Notes: a model not told the origin generated them from the letters alone. A stretch of 64,000 bases of DNA from Thermoanaerobaculia bacterium (GCA_038230535.1 JBBRNB010000006.1:10531-74530); one strand, 5' to 3'; positions 52,586 to 63,300 are shown, counted from the stretch's first letter. Numbers and translations: made by a program.

Positions 52586-53311
52586 ATGCCGAAGTTCTTC
52601 TTCTATGCAGGCACCGGCTTCTGTCTTTTCGTCGCGCTTTGCGCGGCGGCAGGGTTGATGTCGCAGGCGGAAGGGGGGCCGTTGGCATTCGTGGCGGTGC
52701 ATGGGTCGGTCGTGTCGGCGAAGAACGCGGCGGGATGGGCGATCGTCGTCGCGCTCATCGCCGGGATCGCCACCACGGCCATGCTGATCCGGATGGCAGC
52801 GCTGCTGGCGGCGCGGAATGTCTTCGGTGCGCTCTTCGCGCTGTTGACGACGTCCGCCGCCGTGGTCTCGCTGGCCTGGACGCTGCTGTTGCAGACGCGG
52901 ATGGTGATGCTCGTCCGCCACGGCTACGGATACGGTGAGATCGGGCAGCTTCACTTCGCCGCGTTGATGATGCTCGGTTGCTTCCTCTCGCTCACGTTCC
53001 TGGCGCTGCGGCCTTACTTCTCAGTGCAGGCCAGCCGAGTGCTCTCCGCGCTGGTCTTTTTTCCATTTCCGCTCTACTGCCTGATCCTGACGCAGGAGCT
53101 CTTCGTTTCGACGCGGCTCTCGCCATTGCCGGCCGCATCTCCCGCGGCGCTCGTCTTCTTCGGTGTCGTAGCCATGCTGTTTTTCGCCATCGCCATTCAC
53201 TGCATCCGGCACCGGCACATGTTCATCGAGACGACGAACCTCCGCGAGCTGCTCGACACACGCGTCGACCGCTCCTCGCGCCCCATCGGCGGCGTGGCTT
53301 ACGACTCGTAG
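52586..53311 (+). CDS. hypothetical polytopic membrane protein
   Basis: 6-7 hydrophobic helices. No motif recognised. Confidence 0.55.
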   Translation: MPKFFFYAGTGFCLFVALCAAAGLMSQAEGGPLAFVAVHGSVVSAKNAAGWAIVVALIAGIATTAMLIRMAALLAARNVFGALFALLTTSAAVVSLAWTLLLQTRMVMLVRHGYGYGEIGQLHFAALMMLGCFLSLTFLALRPYFSVQASRVLSALVFFPFPLYCLILTQELFVSTRLSPLPAASPAALVFFGVVAMLFFAIAIHCIRHRHMFIETTNLRELLDTRVDRSSRPIGGVAYDS

Positions 53312-53320
53312 GGGCCGCGA

Positions 53321-54802
53321 TCATCGCTTTGGGCACAACGACGCCCATTGCCGGAGCTCCGAGGCGCGCGAGGTGACGATCGTATGCGCCAGCGAGCGCG
53401 AAGCGTTCCAGGTGCGTGGATCGCTTTCGAATTGCGCATCGCGATCGAGGAGACGTTTTGCGATGCACGGCCGTTCACCTGGTAGCGAGCTCAATCCCTG
53501 GACGAGCGCGGGGGTGGCGTCGCTGCTCAGCAGCAGTGCGTAAGAAGTGTCGAGCGCACGCCGGCCGCCGGCCGCTCGGGCCAGATTCGTGCGCGTGATG
53601 AGGTCGTCGGGGCTGAGGGTGTGCAGCGTCATCACGAGAATGAACCCCGCCGCGAGGGCGCCGATCATGAATTGGGGGCGACGGCCGCGGAGCACCGTCA
53701 GCGCGAACCAGAGGAGAAGCACGCCGAGCCAGATCATGAATGCCGTGGTGTAGAGACGCAGCTCCGTCATCCCGTACTCCTCCGTGTAGATCCGCATCCT
53801 CTTCATCGCCGAGACGATGATGACGAATACGAGCACGATCTGGAGCGCCGCCAGCGATCGGAACATTGCCAGCGCACGGGGGAAGCGTTTGTCGATCAGC
53901 CATTCGCTCCAGAGCAGGAGCGGTACGACGATGGCGGCAACGGTGACCAGCTCGAAGAATCCGCTCCGTGCGTAGTCGGCGTACGTCAGTTTCGGATCGA
54001 GTCTGATCAGCGCCGCGCCGCCGAAGAGGTAACGGAACTGCACGGCGACGAAGGCGGCGAAGAGCAGGTCGATGGCCGCGGTGGCGGTGTTCGTCTCGAT
54101 CGCGCCGAGGCGGAGGAAGTCGGGCTTCATGACCGAGGGGAGTGTCCTGCCGCGCACCAGGCTCCGCAGGAAGCCGCCGCAGACTCCGGCGATGGCGATC
54201 GCCAGAAAGATATGTCCGATCACCTTCGGGATATCGATGGCGAAGACATCGCGGATGATTGCGCTGAACGCGGCGTCAGCCGACATCAGCAGCGCTCCGA
54301 GGAGCAGCAACGCAGGCGTGGCGATGAGGAGACCACGGAAAATCGCCAGCCCGCGCCGGCTCAAACGTCCGAGGGGCACCTGCCGCCAGGAGATATCCAG
54401 CAGCGAGAACTGCACGGTACCCAGCAGTGACTCCACGAACGTATAGAGGAGCGCCGCGCAGTAGTGCAAGATCCCGGCCGCCCAGGCACGCACCTCTTTT
54501 GGTCCGAGAGCCAGAAGGCCGATGAAGGCGAAGAGAAGGATGATGTCGACAGCCGTGAACACGCTCGAGTCGCGCCACGCCAGTCCGGCCGCTGCCGCGA
54601 TTGCGCCGATCGCCGGAATCGCCAGAGACGCCTTCGGCTGCGGCCTGAACCGCTGCAACAACGGGATCGTGACCGCGAAGAGAAGCACCACCCAGATCGA
54701 GGCGTTGATCCCCCAGGGTCCCGCGTGCAGAAGCGCGTCCCCAAGGACGCCGAGAACGGCGGCGGTGATGAAGAGGCGGGAGGAGGAGGTTGTCTCTTGC
54801 AT
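53321..54802 (-). CDS. hypothetical large polytopic membrane protein (about 12 TM)
   Basis: 493-aa ORF with ATG at 54802, hydrophobic throughout. No motif recognised. Confidence 0.6.
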   Translation of the reverse strand: MQETTSSSRLFITAAVLGVLGDALLHAGPWGINASIWVVLLFAVTIPLLQRFRPQPKASLAIPAIGAIAAAAGLAWRDSSVFTAVDIILLFAFIGLLALGPKEVRAWAAGILHYCAALLYTFVESLLGTVQFSLLDISWRQVPLGRLSRRGLAIFRGLLIATPALLLLGALLMSADAAFSAIIRDVFAIDIPKVIGHIFLAIAIAGVCGGFLRSLVRGRTLPSVMKPDFLRLGAIETNTATAAIDLLFAAFVAVQFRYLFGGAALIRLDPKLTYADYARSGFFELVTVAAIVVPLLLWSEWLIDKRFPRALAMFRSLAALQIVLVFVIIVSAMKRMRIYTEEYGMTELRLYTTAFMIWLGVLLLWFALTVLRGRRPQFMIGALAAGFILVMTLHTLSPDDLITRTNLARAAGGRRALDTSYALLLSSDATPALVQGLSSLPGERPCIAKRLLDRDAQFESDPRTWNASRSLAHTIVTSRASELRQWASLCPKR

Positions 54803-54979
54803 ATGTGTAGAGTACTTTACGTAGAAGAGTTAGGTGGGTTTCTTTCTCCTCGGTGTTGATCTGCTGGCCATGTCCATGAACACGGCCATCGGCGGGCGCG
54901 GTCACGGATACCCCTCGAACCCGTCCGCCCGGGACAGAGGCCTGAGCACTACGACTCGTAGATTACAATCCGCTCACCC

Positions 54980-57004
54980 ATGAGAAAACAACGTCTCCTG
55001 TTCGCCGCGCTCGCTCTCTGCCTGCCCGTTTCACTATTCGCTGCCGCGCCCATGACCGACTTTGTCGCTGCCGCGAAGAACCTCAAGCTCGGTGAGTCTG
55101 CAAACGTCAGTAATGCCACCTGGACCGTCGGGCACATGACTCTGCATTTAGCCTCCGGATCGATGGCTCGAGTCCTGGCCGGCAGCGAGCAGGCCGGTGT
55201 CTATTTCAAAGGCAGCGGAACGTTTGATTACGAGACCGTTGAGGCGACAGAACTGCCGGTGGTCGACCACAACGTCAAGGCGGTTGCGCACGTGAAGATG
55301 ACCGCCGACGCGCAGCACGCCACGCTGAGCGGTGACTTCGCCGACATCCTGCTCCTCGGCGGCGGCGTGCCGATGCCTGAGGTGACCGGCAGCGGCGGCG
55401 CAGCGCTCGGCGACAGCTTCACGCAGCACGCCGCGCTCTTCGACCATTTGCGCATCACCCCGGCCGCGCACATTCTGGCTGTGCAGAAGTTCTCGTTTCC
55501 CGCCTCGAAGCGCGTATTCATGGAGCTCAGCGGCGGCCGGGACAACATGTTCTATGACTACGACGACGCCGAGGATCACGACGAGAGCCTCTCCGCCGTC
55601 ACAGGAGTCTCCTCGCCCAGCTCGGACAAGCGCATTCAGCAGTGGCTCTTCCTGAGGCTACTCTCAGATCAGCCTGTGGGGCATGACCATTGGACGGCTG
55701 CGAAGCCGCCGTTCGCGCTGACTGCCCTCGACTATTCGCTCACGGCCGACGGGGACAACGTCAAGGCGGAGGTCACAGAAACGCTTTCACGTCTGAGCCC
55801 CGGCCAGAACGTCCTCCGCTTCAATATGCTCAGCGAAGAGATCGTCAAGGCTAACGTCGCTGCCCGCGCGTTCAACGTTCGCAGCGTCACCGACGAGCAG
55901 GGTCATGCGCTGGCGTTCCATCACGAGAAGAACGATCTTGTCGTTGCGGTTGACGGGATCGCCTCCCCGGCGTTGAAGCTGAAGTTCGTCATCGACGGCG
56001 ACTTCCTCGTGCGGGAGGGGGGCGACAACGCCTGGCAACTTCGGCTTGGTCAACCGTGGTTTCCTCTGCCGCGCCAGCAATCAGGGCAGGCCTACACCAT
56101 TCACTCCGTTCTTCGAGTCAAGAAGCCGTTTATCGGCCTCGCGCCCGGCGACACGATCTCGCGCCGGGATGAGGGTGACTACAACATCGTGGAGAACGTC
56201 ATCGACAAACCGGTGGAGTTCACGATGGTCGAAGCGGGAAAGTACAACCTGTACGAGCAGAAGCGTGGCGAGCGGACCATTCGTGTCGCCACCTACGGTC
56301 TTCGCAACGAGCGTGCGGCGAAGCAGTTGACCGATCTGGCGGAGGGGATCATCGGCTACTACGAGTTTTTCCTTGGGCCCTTCCCCTGGAAGGAGTTCAA
56401 CATCATTCAGGTGAACACCTACGGTTACGGCCAGGCGCCTCCCGCGACCATGTTCATCACGAACGAGGCATTCAGCCCGTCGCTGGGCGACGAGGAAGCG
56501 AAGTTCTTCACACAGGGAATCAACGAACGCTTCGCCCATGAGATCGCCCATCAATATTGGGGATATGTGGTGCGGGATGCCAGCCCCGAAGAGACATGGC
56601 TTGCGGAATCGTTCGCCGAGTACTCTGCCGCTCTCGCGCTCAAGAAGCTGATGCCGAACGGCGATGGCGTCTACAACCGCCTCGTGTCGACCTGGAAGGG
56701 ACAGGCGGTGCTCGCAGCAAAAATTGCGCCGATCCCCTACGCGCGCCGTATCGAGGGCGATCCGAGGACTTCATTTGGTCAGTACTTCGGACTGGTGTAC
56801 AACAAAGGGCCCTATCTGCTATACACGCTGCACAAAGAGTTGGGCGATACTACCTTCCTCACATTCATGAAGTCGTATCAGAAGTCCTTTGCATGGAAGG
56901 CGGGTACTACCAAGGACGTTGCCGGTCTTCTCAGTTTCATGACCAAGAAAGATTACAAACCGTTCTTCGACCAGTACTTCTGGGGGACGGCGATGCCCCA
57001 GTAG
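54980..57004 (+). CDS. secreted M1-family zinc metallopeptidase (gluzincin)
   Basis: Signal peptide. HEIAHQYWG followed by WLAESFAEY about 20 aa later (HExxH...E). Confidence 0.8.
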   Translation: MRKQRLLFAALALCLPVSLFAAAPMTDFVAAAKNLKLGESANVSNATWTVGHMTLHLASGSMARVLAGSEQAGVYFKGSGTFDYETVEATELPVVDHNVKAVAHVKMTADAQHATLSGDFADILLLGGGVPMPEVTGSGGAALGDSFTQHAALFDHLRITPAAHILAVQKFSFPASKRVFMELSGGRDNMFYDYDDAEDHDESLSAVTGVSSPSSDKRIQQWLFLRLLSDQPVGHDHWTAAKPPFALTALDYSLTADGDNVKAEVTETLSRLSPGQNVLRFNMLSEEIVKANVAARAFNVRSVTDEQGHALAFHHEKNDLVVAVDGIASPALKLKFVIDGDFLVREGGDNAWQLRLGQPWFPLPRQQSGQAYTIHSVLRVKKPFIGLAPGDTISRRDEGDYNIVENVIDKPVEFTMVEAGKYNLYEQKRGERTIRVATYGLRNERAAKQLTDLAEGIIGYYEFFLGPFPWKEFNIIQVNTYGYGQAPPATMFITNEAFSPSLGDEEAKFFTQGINERFAHEIAHQYWGYVVRDASPEETWLAESFAEYSAALALKKLMPNGDGVYNRLVSTWKGQAVLAAKIAPIPYARRIEGDPRTSFGQYFGLVYNKGPYLLYTLHKELGDTTFLTFMKSYQKSFAWKAGTTKDVAGLLSFMTKKDYKPFFDQYFWGTAMPQ

Positions 57005-57075
57005 TTGTCGGTTGCTGGGTTAGGCGGTCTCCGAGTCGCGCGAGACCTCGAAACCAAGCAACCAGCAACTCAGCG
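57005..57075. repeat. GTTGCTGGGTT / AACCAGCAAC-family hairpin upstream of dnaE
   Basis: GTTGTCGGTTGCTGGGTTAGGCGGTCTCCGAGTCGCGCGAGACCTCGAAACCAAGCAACCAGCAACTCAGCG. Confidence 0.6.
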
Positions 57076-57126
57076 ATCCCGCATCCCCAGCGAACACCTC
57101 GGATAGAATGACCACCCCGAGGCCTG

Positions 57127-60100
57127 ATGTCCTTCGTTCACCTCCACCTTCACACTGAATTCTCCCTTCTCGACGGCGCCAGCAGGCCCGTGGAGTTGGC
57201 GAAGCGCGCTGCCAAGCTCGGTATGCCGGCCTGCGCCATCACCGACCACGGCAACATGTTCGGTGCGGTCGAGTTCTACGAGGCCATGAAGAAGGAGCAG
57301 GTGAAGCCGATCATCGGCTGCGAGATGTACGTCGCGTACGGCTCACGGTTCGACAAGGCGGGGGTCGAGGATGGGCAGGCCGACGCGGGCGCGAACAATC
57401 ACCTCATTGTCCTGGCGGCGAACAACGAGGGATACAAGAACCTTGTCAAGCTTGTCTCGGCTGGCTACACCGAGGGCTTCTACTACAAGCCGAGGATCGA
57501 CAAAGAGCTGCTGCGCGAGCATCGCAAAGGGCTGATCGTCCTCTCGTCGTGTCTCAAAGGCGAGGTTTCGCAGAGTCTCGCCGGCGGCAACCTCACGAAA
57601 GCCAAAGAGGCAGCGCTCCAATACAAAGACATCCTCGGCGCGGACAACTTCTTCCTGGAGATCCAGGACCACGGCATCCCCGACCAGCAGAAGATCGTTC
57701 CGATGATGGCGAAGCTCGGCGAGGAGACCGGCCTCCGCCTGGTGGCCACGAACGACTCGCACTACCTCTCGAAGGATGACGCCTTCGCGCACGAGGTCCT
57801 TCTCTGCATCGGCACCGGCAAGACGCTCGGCGACGAGAAACGGATGAAGTTCTACAGCGACGACTTCTACGTCAAGAGTCCGGACGAGATGCGGCGCATC
57901 TTCAGCGGTTACGGCGAGGCGCTCGACAACACGGTGAAGATCGCCGAGCGTATCAACGTTTCACTCGACGTCAGTGGCTATCACTTGCCGAATTTTCCGG
58001 TGCCGCCGGGGAAGGATCTGGCCGGATACTTCGCCGAGGTTGCGCGGGCGGGGCTGGAGCGGAGGCTGAAGGCAGCCGCCCCGCTCTTCGCGGCGAAGAA
58101 GAAAAAGCACGAGCCGCAGGAGTACCACGACCGGCTGCAGACCGAGATCGACATCATCATGTCGATGGGTTTCCCCGGCTACTTCCTGGTGGTCTGGGAC
58201 TTCATCAAGTACGCGAAGGACAACGGCATCCCGGTTGGACCGGGACGCGGCTCCGGCGCCGGATCGCTTGTGGCGTACTCGATGGGGATCACCGACATCG
58301 ACCCCCTCGACTACGACCTTCTCTTCGAGCGCTTCCTCAACCCCGAGCGCATCTCGATGCCTGATATCGACATCGACTTCTGCATGAACCGCCGTGGCGA
58401 GGTGATCGACTACGTCCGCCGCAAGTACGGCGCGGACAAAGTTGCGCAGATCATCACCTTCGGGACCATGGCTGCGAAGTCGGTGGTGCGCGACGTCGGC
58501 CGCGTTCTCGGGCTGCCGTACGGGCTGGTCGATAAAGTGGCCAAGACCATTCCGGCCGGGCCGGACGTCACGCTGCAGTCGGCGGCGAAAGACTCGCCGG
58601 CCCTCATCGAGGCGATGAAGAACGACCATGAGGTCGAGCGCATCGTGGAGATCGGCTCGAGGCTCGAAGGTCTTTCACGTCACGCCGGCATGCACGCAGC
58701 CGGGGTCGTCATCACGCCCGAGCCGGTCACGAATTACGTGCCGCTCTATCGCACGAACCGCGATGAAATCGTGACGCAGTACGACTGGCGCGTCGTCGAG
58801 AAGATGGGTCTTCTCAAGATGGACTTCCTCGGCCTGCGCACTCTGACGGTGATCGACGACGCCATCAAGTCAGCGAAGGCGGTGGAAGGTGTGTCGATCG
58901 ATATCGAGAACCTCCCGCTCGACGACCCCGAGGTCTTTCGCGTGTTTCAGGAAGGGCGAACCAAGGGTGTGTTCCAGTTTGAATCTGGCGGCATGGTTGA
59001 CGTCCTGCGCAAGTCGCGGCCGACTCAGTTCGAGGATCTGGCCGCGCTCAACGCCCTCTACCGGCCGGGCGCGCTGGATGCCGGCATGGTCGATGTCTAC
59101 GTGAGAGTCAAGAGTGGTGCGCAGAAGCCGAAGTACCTCGTACCGTTGATGAAGGAGTTGCTGGAAGAGACGTGTGGCGTCATCGTCTACCAGGAGCAGA
59201 TCCTGCTGATCGCGCAGCAAGTGGCCGGGTACTCACTCGGCCAGGCCGATCTGCTGCGTAAGGCCATGGGCAAGAAGGACGCCGTGATCATGGCCGCGGA
59301 GCGCGGCAGGTTCGTCGATGGCGCCGCCGCCAAGGGGTACGACAAGAAGAAGGCCAACGAGATCTTCGACTACATCGAGCCGTTCGCCCGCTACGGCTTC
59401 AACAAGGCGCACTCGGTGGCCTACGCGCTGGTGGCGTACCAGACGGCGTGGCTCAAGGTGTACTACCCGAGACACTTCATGGCCGCGCTCATGACCTCGG
59501 AGATGGACCGCACCGACTTCGTGGTGAAGTTCATCAACGAATCGTCGCAGATGGGCATCCGGATCCTGCCGCCGGATATCAACGAGTCGAATTTCGCCTT
59601 TACCGTGGTCGGTCCGAACATCCGTTTCGGTCTCGGTGCCGTGAAGGGAGTCGGCGAAGGCGCCATCGAGTCGATCCTCGAAGCGCGGCAGAAGAAGGGG
59701 AGGTTCACCTCACTCCTCGACTTCTGCGAGGCGGTCGATCTCCGCGCCTGCAACAAGAAGGTCATCGAAGCGCTGATCAAGTCGGGCTCGTTCGATTTCC
59801 TCGGCGTACCGCGCAAGGTGTTGTTCGAGACGCTCGAGGTCACCGCCGATTCCGCCCAGCGAGCCAGGGAGGAGAAGGAGCGGGGCCAGTCGTCCCTCTT
59901 TGGCGGGATGATGTCGAGTGTAGCGCCCTCGCCGGCGAAGGCCGCCGAGGCGGCGGCCATACACAAGCTTCGCAACGCCGAATGGCCCGACGAAGAGAAG
60001 CTCCGCTTCGAGAAAGAGACCCTCGGCTTCTACATCACCGGCCATCCCTTGAACCGATACTCCGACGAGCTGCAGCTCTTCGCAAACGCCACCACCGCCA

Positions 60101-60978
60101 CACTTCATCAACATATTGACGAGATCGTGAACATCGGCGGCATCGTCTCGCAACTCAAGAAGTCGAAGATCAAAAAGGGCCCGAACGAAGGAAAGCAGAT
60201 GGCGAAGTTCATCCTCGACGACCAGACCGGCTCCGTCGACGTGGTGGTCTTCTCCGATCTCTATTCGAAGTACACCAAATGGCTGGAGAACGGGATCGCC
60301 GTCCTGCTCACCGCCGCGGTCAAAGACACTGGCGGCATGCAGACCGGCCGGAGCGCCGCGCTGCAGTCGGCTGAACAGAACGCACAACGCGCAGACGACG
60401 AGTATGCGCAGGTGTCGGGTTATGACGTGAGCGAAGACGATGTCGACGATGACCGGGATCCGAAAGAGATCGAAGAGGAGAAGTATGGAGATCGAACGGC
60501 CAACCTCGGACTGTTTGCGGGGGTCGGGAGTAGGGAGTCGGAGGTCGTAGAGGATCTTCAGTCTGATGACGACGGATCCACGACCCTCGATCCCCCACTC
60601 CCGATTCCCGGCGAAGACACCTCCTTCTCATCCCATTCCGCCGCGTTTCATGAAGCTCCCATCACTCCCGAGCTCAACGCGCTGGAGATCATTCCGCTCG
60701 AAGGGATCCGCGACAAGAAAGTGAAGGAGATCGCGCTGGAGGTGGCGTATCCGCGTATGTCGGAAGACACCGTGCGCCGAATCCGCGAGATCGTCGATGA
60801 GCACGTTGGGGAAGTGCCGTTGACGATCACGATCGTCGATCTCCCGCAACAGCTCGCCGACAGCTCCAATCGAGGCGAAGTGCGGCTGAGAGTGAACCAG
60901 CACTTCCGCGTTCAGCCTGGCGCCGCACTCAGCGCGAAATTGCTGCAGGTGCATGCGACGGCCAAATACGTTTTCTGA
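57127..60978 (+). CDS. dnaE: DNA polymerase III alpha subunit with a roughly 120-aa acidic C-terminal extension
   Basis: PHP domain MSFVHLHLHTEFSLLDG, a polymerase core with GPGRGSGAGS and a C-terminal OB region. At 1283 aa it is longer than the E. coli protein (about 1160 aa). Confidence 0.95.
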   Translation: MSFVHLHLHTEFSLLDGASRPVELAKRAAKLGMPACAITDHGNMFGAVEFYEAMKKEQVKPIIGCEMYVAYGSRFDKAGVEDGQADAGANNHLIVLAANNEGYKNLVKLVSAGYTEGFYYKPRIDKELLREHRKGLIVLSSCLKGEVSQSLAGGNLTKAKEAALQYKDILGADNFFLEIQDHGIPDQQKIVPMMAKLGEETGLRLVATNDSHYLSKDDAFAHEVLLCIGTGKTLGDEKRMKFYSDDFYVKSPDEMRRIFSGYGEALDNTVKIAERINVSLDVSGYHLPNFPVPPGKDLAGYFAEVARAGLERRLKAAAPLFAAKKKKHEPQEYHDRLQTEIDIIMSMGFPGYFLVVWDFIKYAKDNGIPVGPGRGSGAGSLVAYSMGITDIDPLDYDLLFERFLNPERISMPDIDIDFCMNRRGEVIDYVRRKYGADKVAQIITFGTMAAKSVVRDVGRVLGLPYGLVDKVAKTIPAGPDVTLQSAAKDSPALIEAMKNDHEVERIVEIGSRLEGLSRHAGMHAAGVVITPEPVTNYVPLYRTNRDEIVTQYDWRVVEKMGLLKMDFLGLRTLTVIDDAIKSAKAVEGVSIDIENLPLDDPEVFRVFQEGRTKGVFQFESGGMVDVLRKSRPTQFEDLAALNALYRPGALDAGMVDVYVRVKSGAQKPKYLVPLMKELLEETCGVIVYQEQILLIAQQVAGYSLGQADLLRKAMGKKDAVIMAAERGRFVDGAAAKGYDKKKANEIFDYIEPFARYGFNKAHSVAYALVAYQTAWLKVYYPRHFMAALMTSEMDRTDFVVKFINESSQMGIRILPPDINESNFAFTVVGPNIRFGLGAVKGVGEGAIESILEARQKKGRFTSLLDFCEAVDLRACNKKVIEALIKSGSFDFLGVPRKVLFETLEVTADSAQRAREEKERGQSSLFGGMMSSVAPSPAKAAEAAAIHKLRNAEWPDEEKLRFEKETLGFYITGHPLNRYSDELQLFANATTATLHQHIDEIVNIGGIVSQLKKSKIKKGPNEGKQMAKFILDDQTGSVDVVVFSDLYSKYTKWLENGIAVLLTAAVKDTGGMQTGRSAALQSAEQNAQRADDEYAQVSGYDVSEDDVDDDRDPKEIEEEKYGDRTANLGLFAGVGSRESEVVEDLQSDDDGSTTLDPPLPIPGEDTSFSSHSAAFHEAPITPELNALEIIPLEGIRDKKVKEIALEVAYPRMSEDTVRRIREIVDEHVGEVPLTITIVDLPQQLADSSNRGEVRLRVNQHFRVQPGAALSAKLLQVHATAKYVF

Positions 60979-60981
60979 CCG

Positions 60982-62700
60982 ATGCGTCTCCGGATCATCG
61001 TGCCGCTTCTCATCGCGCTGCTCGGCTCTCCGCAGCTCGCGCGCGGTTTCAGCGGCCCGTGCTGCGATTTCTGCACCGATCAATACCAGCAGGAAGGACA
61101 GTTCCCTTACTTCGAGGTGATCCGCACACGCCGGTTGATCATCAACGGAGACATCGTTGGTGGTCAGGGGTGGAAGCGCGTCTTCGAGAGTTGCGAGCAG
61201 GCGGGGCGGGTCAACATCACCGCATCGACCGAGGTCACTGTTGTCGCACGCGCCTACCTCGAGATTGCTGAGCCGAGCACGCCGGGCGCCGGCATCGAGT
61301 ACCGTTGGCTGCTCGACGACGTGCCCGTCGGTCCGACGTTTCATTTTCTTGCTGGCCGGGCCGGGTTCCCGCAGGGGGATGACATCAACATCGTTCTCCC
61401 GCAAGTACCTGCCGGACAACATCGCGTGGCCATCGACGGGCGCGTGACCGGCGACGGCCGTATCAGTTTCCGGCTCCTCTTCATCACCGCGCAAGGGTTT
61501 CCATCCGCCGCGTTTCCGAGTGATTCGCTGATCGTCTCGAGCAGCAGGACGATTGGCAGCGATTGGACCGAAGTGAGTCCTTCGCTCGGCCTTTCTCTGC
61601 CGCAGTCAGCGCACCTCTACTTCCAGGGGTATGTCGAATTCGCAGGCGGCGAGACAGTCAATTTCCGTTACGTGGTCGATGGTATTCCTCTGACGCCCTT
61701 GCGCGTCGTCATCCCGCCTGGTGGTGGCCTCAGCCTCTGGGATCACCTCGGCGACCCCATCGCGGCCGGCGCGCACAGCGTCCGGCTGGAGGGGCGCGCG
61801 GACTCTCCGGCGGTGATGACGCTCGCGCAGGTCGAAGCCGCGACGGGACCGGCGACGATCCAGAACAAGCCGTTGCCAGTGTTCAATGCCGATGTGAACG
61901 GCTCGCTCGGTACGGATCATCAGCCGCTCAACTGCCTCATCCTCGCCGAGGGGGCTTCCGGAGGGACGGGTGGGTTGGGCGGGACGCCCGCGTGCGGTAA
62001 GTACGACCTGCTATTCGATGCCCAACTGCCGGCGGCACCGCTCACATCGTCGGGGAGCGCCTTCGATGATTACACCGCGTTTGGCGACGGCTTTGTCGAG
62101 ATCGAAAACCGGAGCGGCACGAACGGAGTGGTCACGCTGACCGTCGAAGCGATCTACGAGGATGCGAGGGCGGGCGCCTGCAACGCGCTCGTCGAAGCGG
62201 CAGATACGGCATGCGCGAATCCGAGTGCCTGTTCGACGGCCGACTTCACGCTCGTCGAGTTCGCTGTACCGCCCGGCCGCACGCAGAAGTTCTTCTATGT
62301 CGATCCGATTCACTGGGGCTCTTTGGCGCCGAATCGCATTCGTCTCTGGGCGCGCTCGCAGAACGGCTGCGGCTCGGCTCCTGTCGGCCTGACATTCGGC
62401 CGCAGCCGCCTGGGCATGCAGCTCGTTCCAGCCGGCAACGGATCCTGTTTCTCCGCGCACGCGACGGGGCGCGCCGCGGCACCAGCGGTATCGGTATCGG
62501 CAGCGGGCTCGAAGGTTCCGCTCCGACCCCATCAGCGTGACCGTGCCACCGATCGCGCCGCGACGGCGAAGTGCGGGGAATTGATGCTGTCGGTCGATCA
62601 GTGGATTGGTGGATCAGTGGATCAGTGGATCAGTGGATCAGTGGATCAGTTGATCAGTGGGGCAGTGGTCAATGGTCAGTGGGGTCAACGACCCAGTTGA
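60982..62700 (+). CDS. secreted Cys-containing hypothetical protein whose C-terminus is encoded by GATCAGTG repeats
   Basis: Signal peptide MRLRIIVPLLIALLGSPQLARG. ATG 4 bp after the dnaE stop. The last roughly 35 aa (SVDQWIGGSVDQWISGSVDQLISG...) translate the hairpin arm. Confidence 0.6.
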   Translation: MRLRIIVPLLIALLGSPQLARGFSGPCCDFCTDQYQQEGQFPYFEVIRTRRLIINGDIVGGQGWKRVFESCEQAGRVNITASTEVTVVARAYLEIAEPSTPGAGIEYRWLLDDVPVGPTFHFLAGRAGFPQGDDINIVLPQVPAGQHRVAIDGRVTGDGRISFRLLFITAQGFPSAAFPSDSLIVSSSRTIGSDWTEVSPSLGLSLPQSAHLYFQGYVEFAGGETVNFRYVVDGIPLTPLRVVIPPGGGLSLWDHLGDPIAAGAHSVRLEGRADSPAVMTLAQVEAATGPATIQNKPLPVFNADVNGSLGTDHQPLNCLILAEGASGGTGGLGGTPACGKYDLLFDAQLPAAPLTSSGSAFDDYTAFGDGFVEIENRSGTNGVVTLTVEAIYEDARAGACNALVEAADTACANPSACSTADFTLVEFAVPPGRTQKFFYVDPIHWGSLAPNRIRLWARSQNGCGSAPVGLTFGRSRLGMQLVPAGNGSCFSAHATGRAAAPAVSVSAAGSKVPLRPHQRDRATDRAATAKCGELMLSVDQWIGGSVDQWISGSVDQLISGAVVNGQWGQRPS

Positions 62701-62820
62701 TCAGTTGACCTGATCCACCGATAACCGATCCACTGATCACCGATCACCGATCCACCGATCCACCGATCACCGATCCACTGATCGACTGACCCACTGATCC
62801 ACTGATCCACCGATCGACAT
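62590..62820. repeat. large GATCAGTG / CACTGATC-family hairpin
   Basis: (GGATCAGTG)x6 ... loop ... (CCGATCACCGATCCAC)-type units and CCACTGATCC copies. Confidence 0.85.
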
Positions 62821-62823
62821 ACC

Positions 62824-63300
62824 TTGCGATATCCTGACGGAAAAGAGGAGGGTCTCATGGCCGACGCAACCCAGACCTACGCCACCCACCGCCGGTACTT
62901 CCCCCTGTTTCACTTCATCTCAATTCCACTGCTTGTCATCAATGTGATCGTCCGCCTTATCTACGCCTGGATGCACAGGGGCGCAAGGCTGGTGTGGTGG
63001 GAGGTCGTGTTCGCCATCGCGCTGGTCTGCCTGGCGTTTGCCGCACGGCTCATGGCTCTCGCCGTGCAGGATCGTCTGATCCGGCTCGAAGAGACTCTCC
63101 GCCTTCAGCGCTGCCTGCCGGATGACCTGCGCGCACGTATAGGCGAGCTCTCGACCGGGAAATTGATCGCTCTCCGCTTCTGTGGCGATGAAGCCGAGCT
63201 TGTCGGGTTGACGCGTTCCATTCTGAATGGCGAGCTCAAGACCCGCGACGACATCAAGAAGGGCATCAAGACGTGGAGGGCGGACACGATGCGGGCATAG
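62824..63300 (+). CDS. hypothetical membrane protein (2 TM)
   Basis: Two hydrophobic helices after an N-terminal basic stretch. An alternative ATG at 62857 (MADATQ) is possible. Confidence 0.5.
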   Translation: MRYPDGKEEGLMADATQTYATHRRYFPLFHFISIPLLVINVIVRLIYAWMHRGARLVWWEVVFAIALVCLAFAARLMALAVQDRLIRLEETLRLQRCLPDDLRARIGELSTGKLIALRFCGDEAELVGLTRSILNGELKTRDDIKKGIKTWRADTMRA

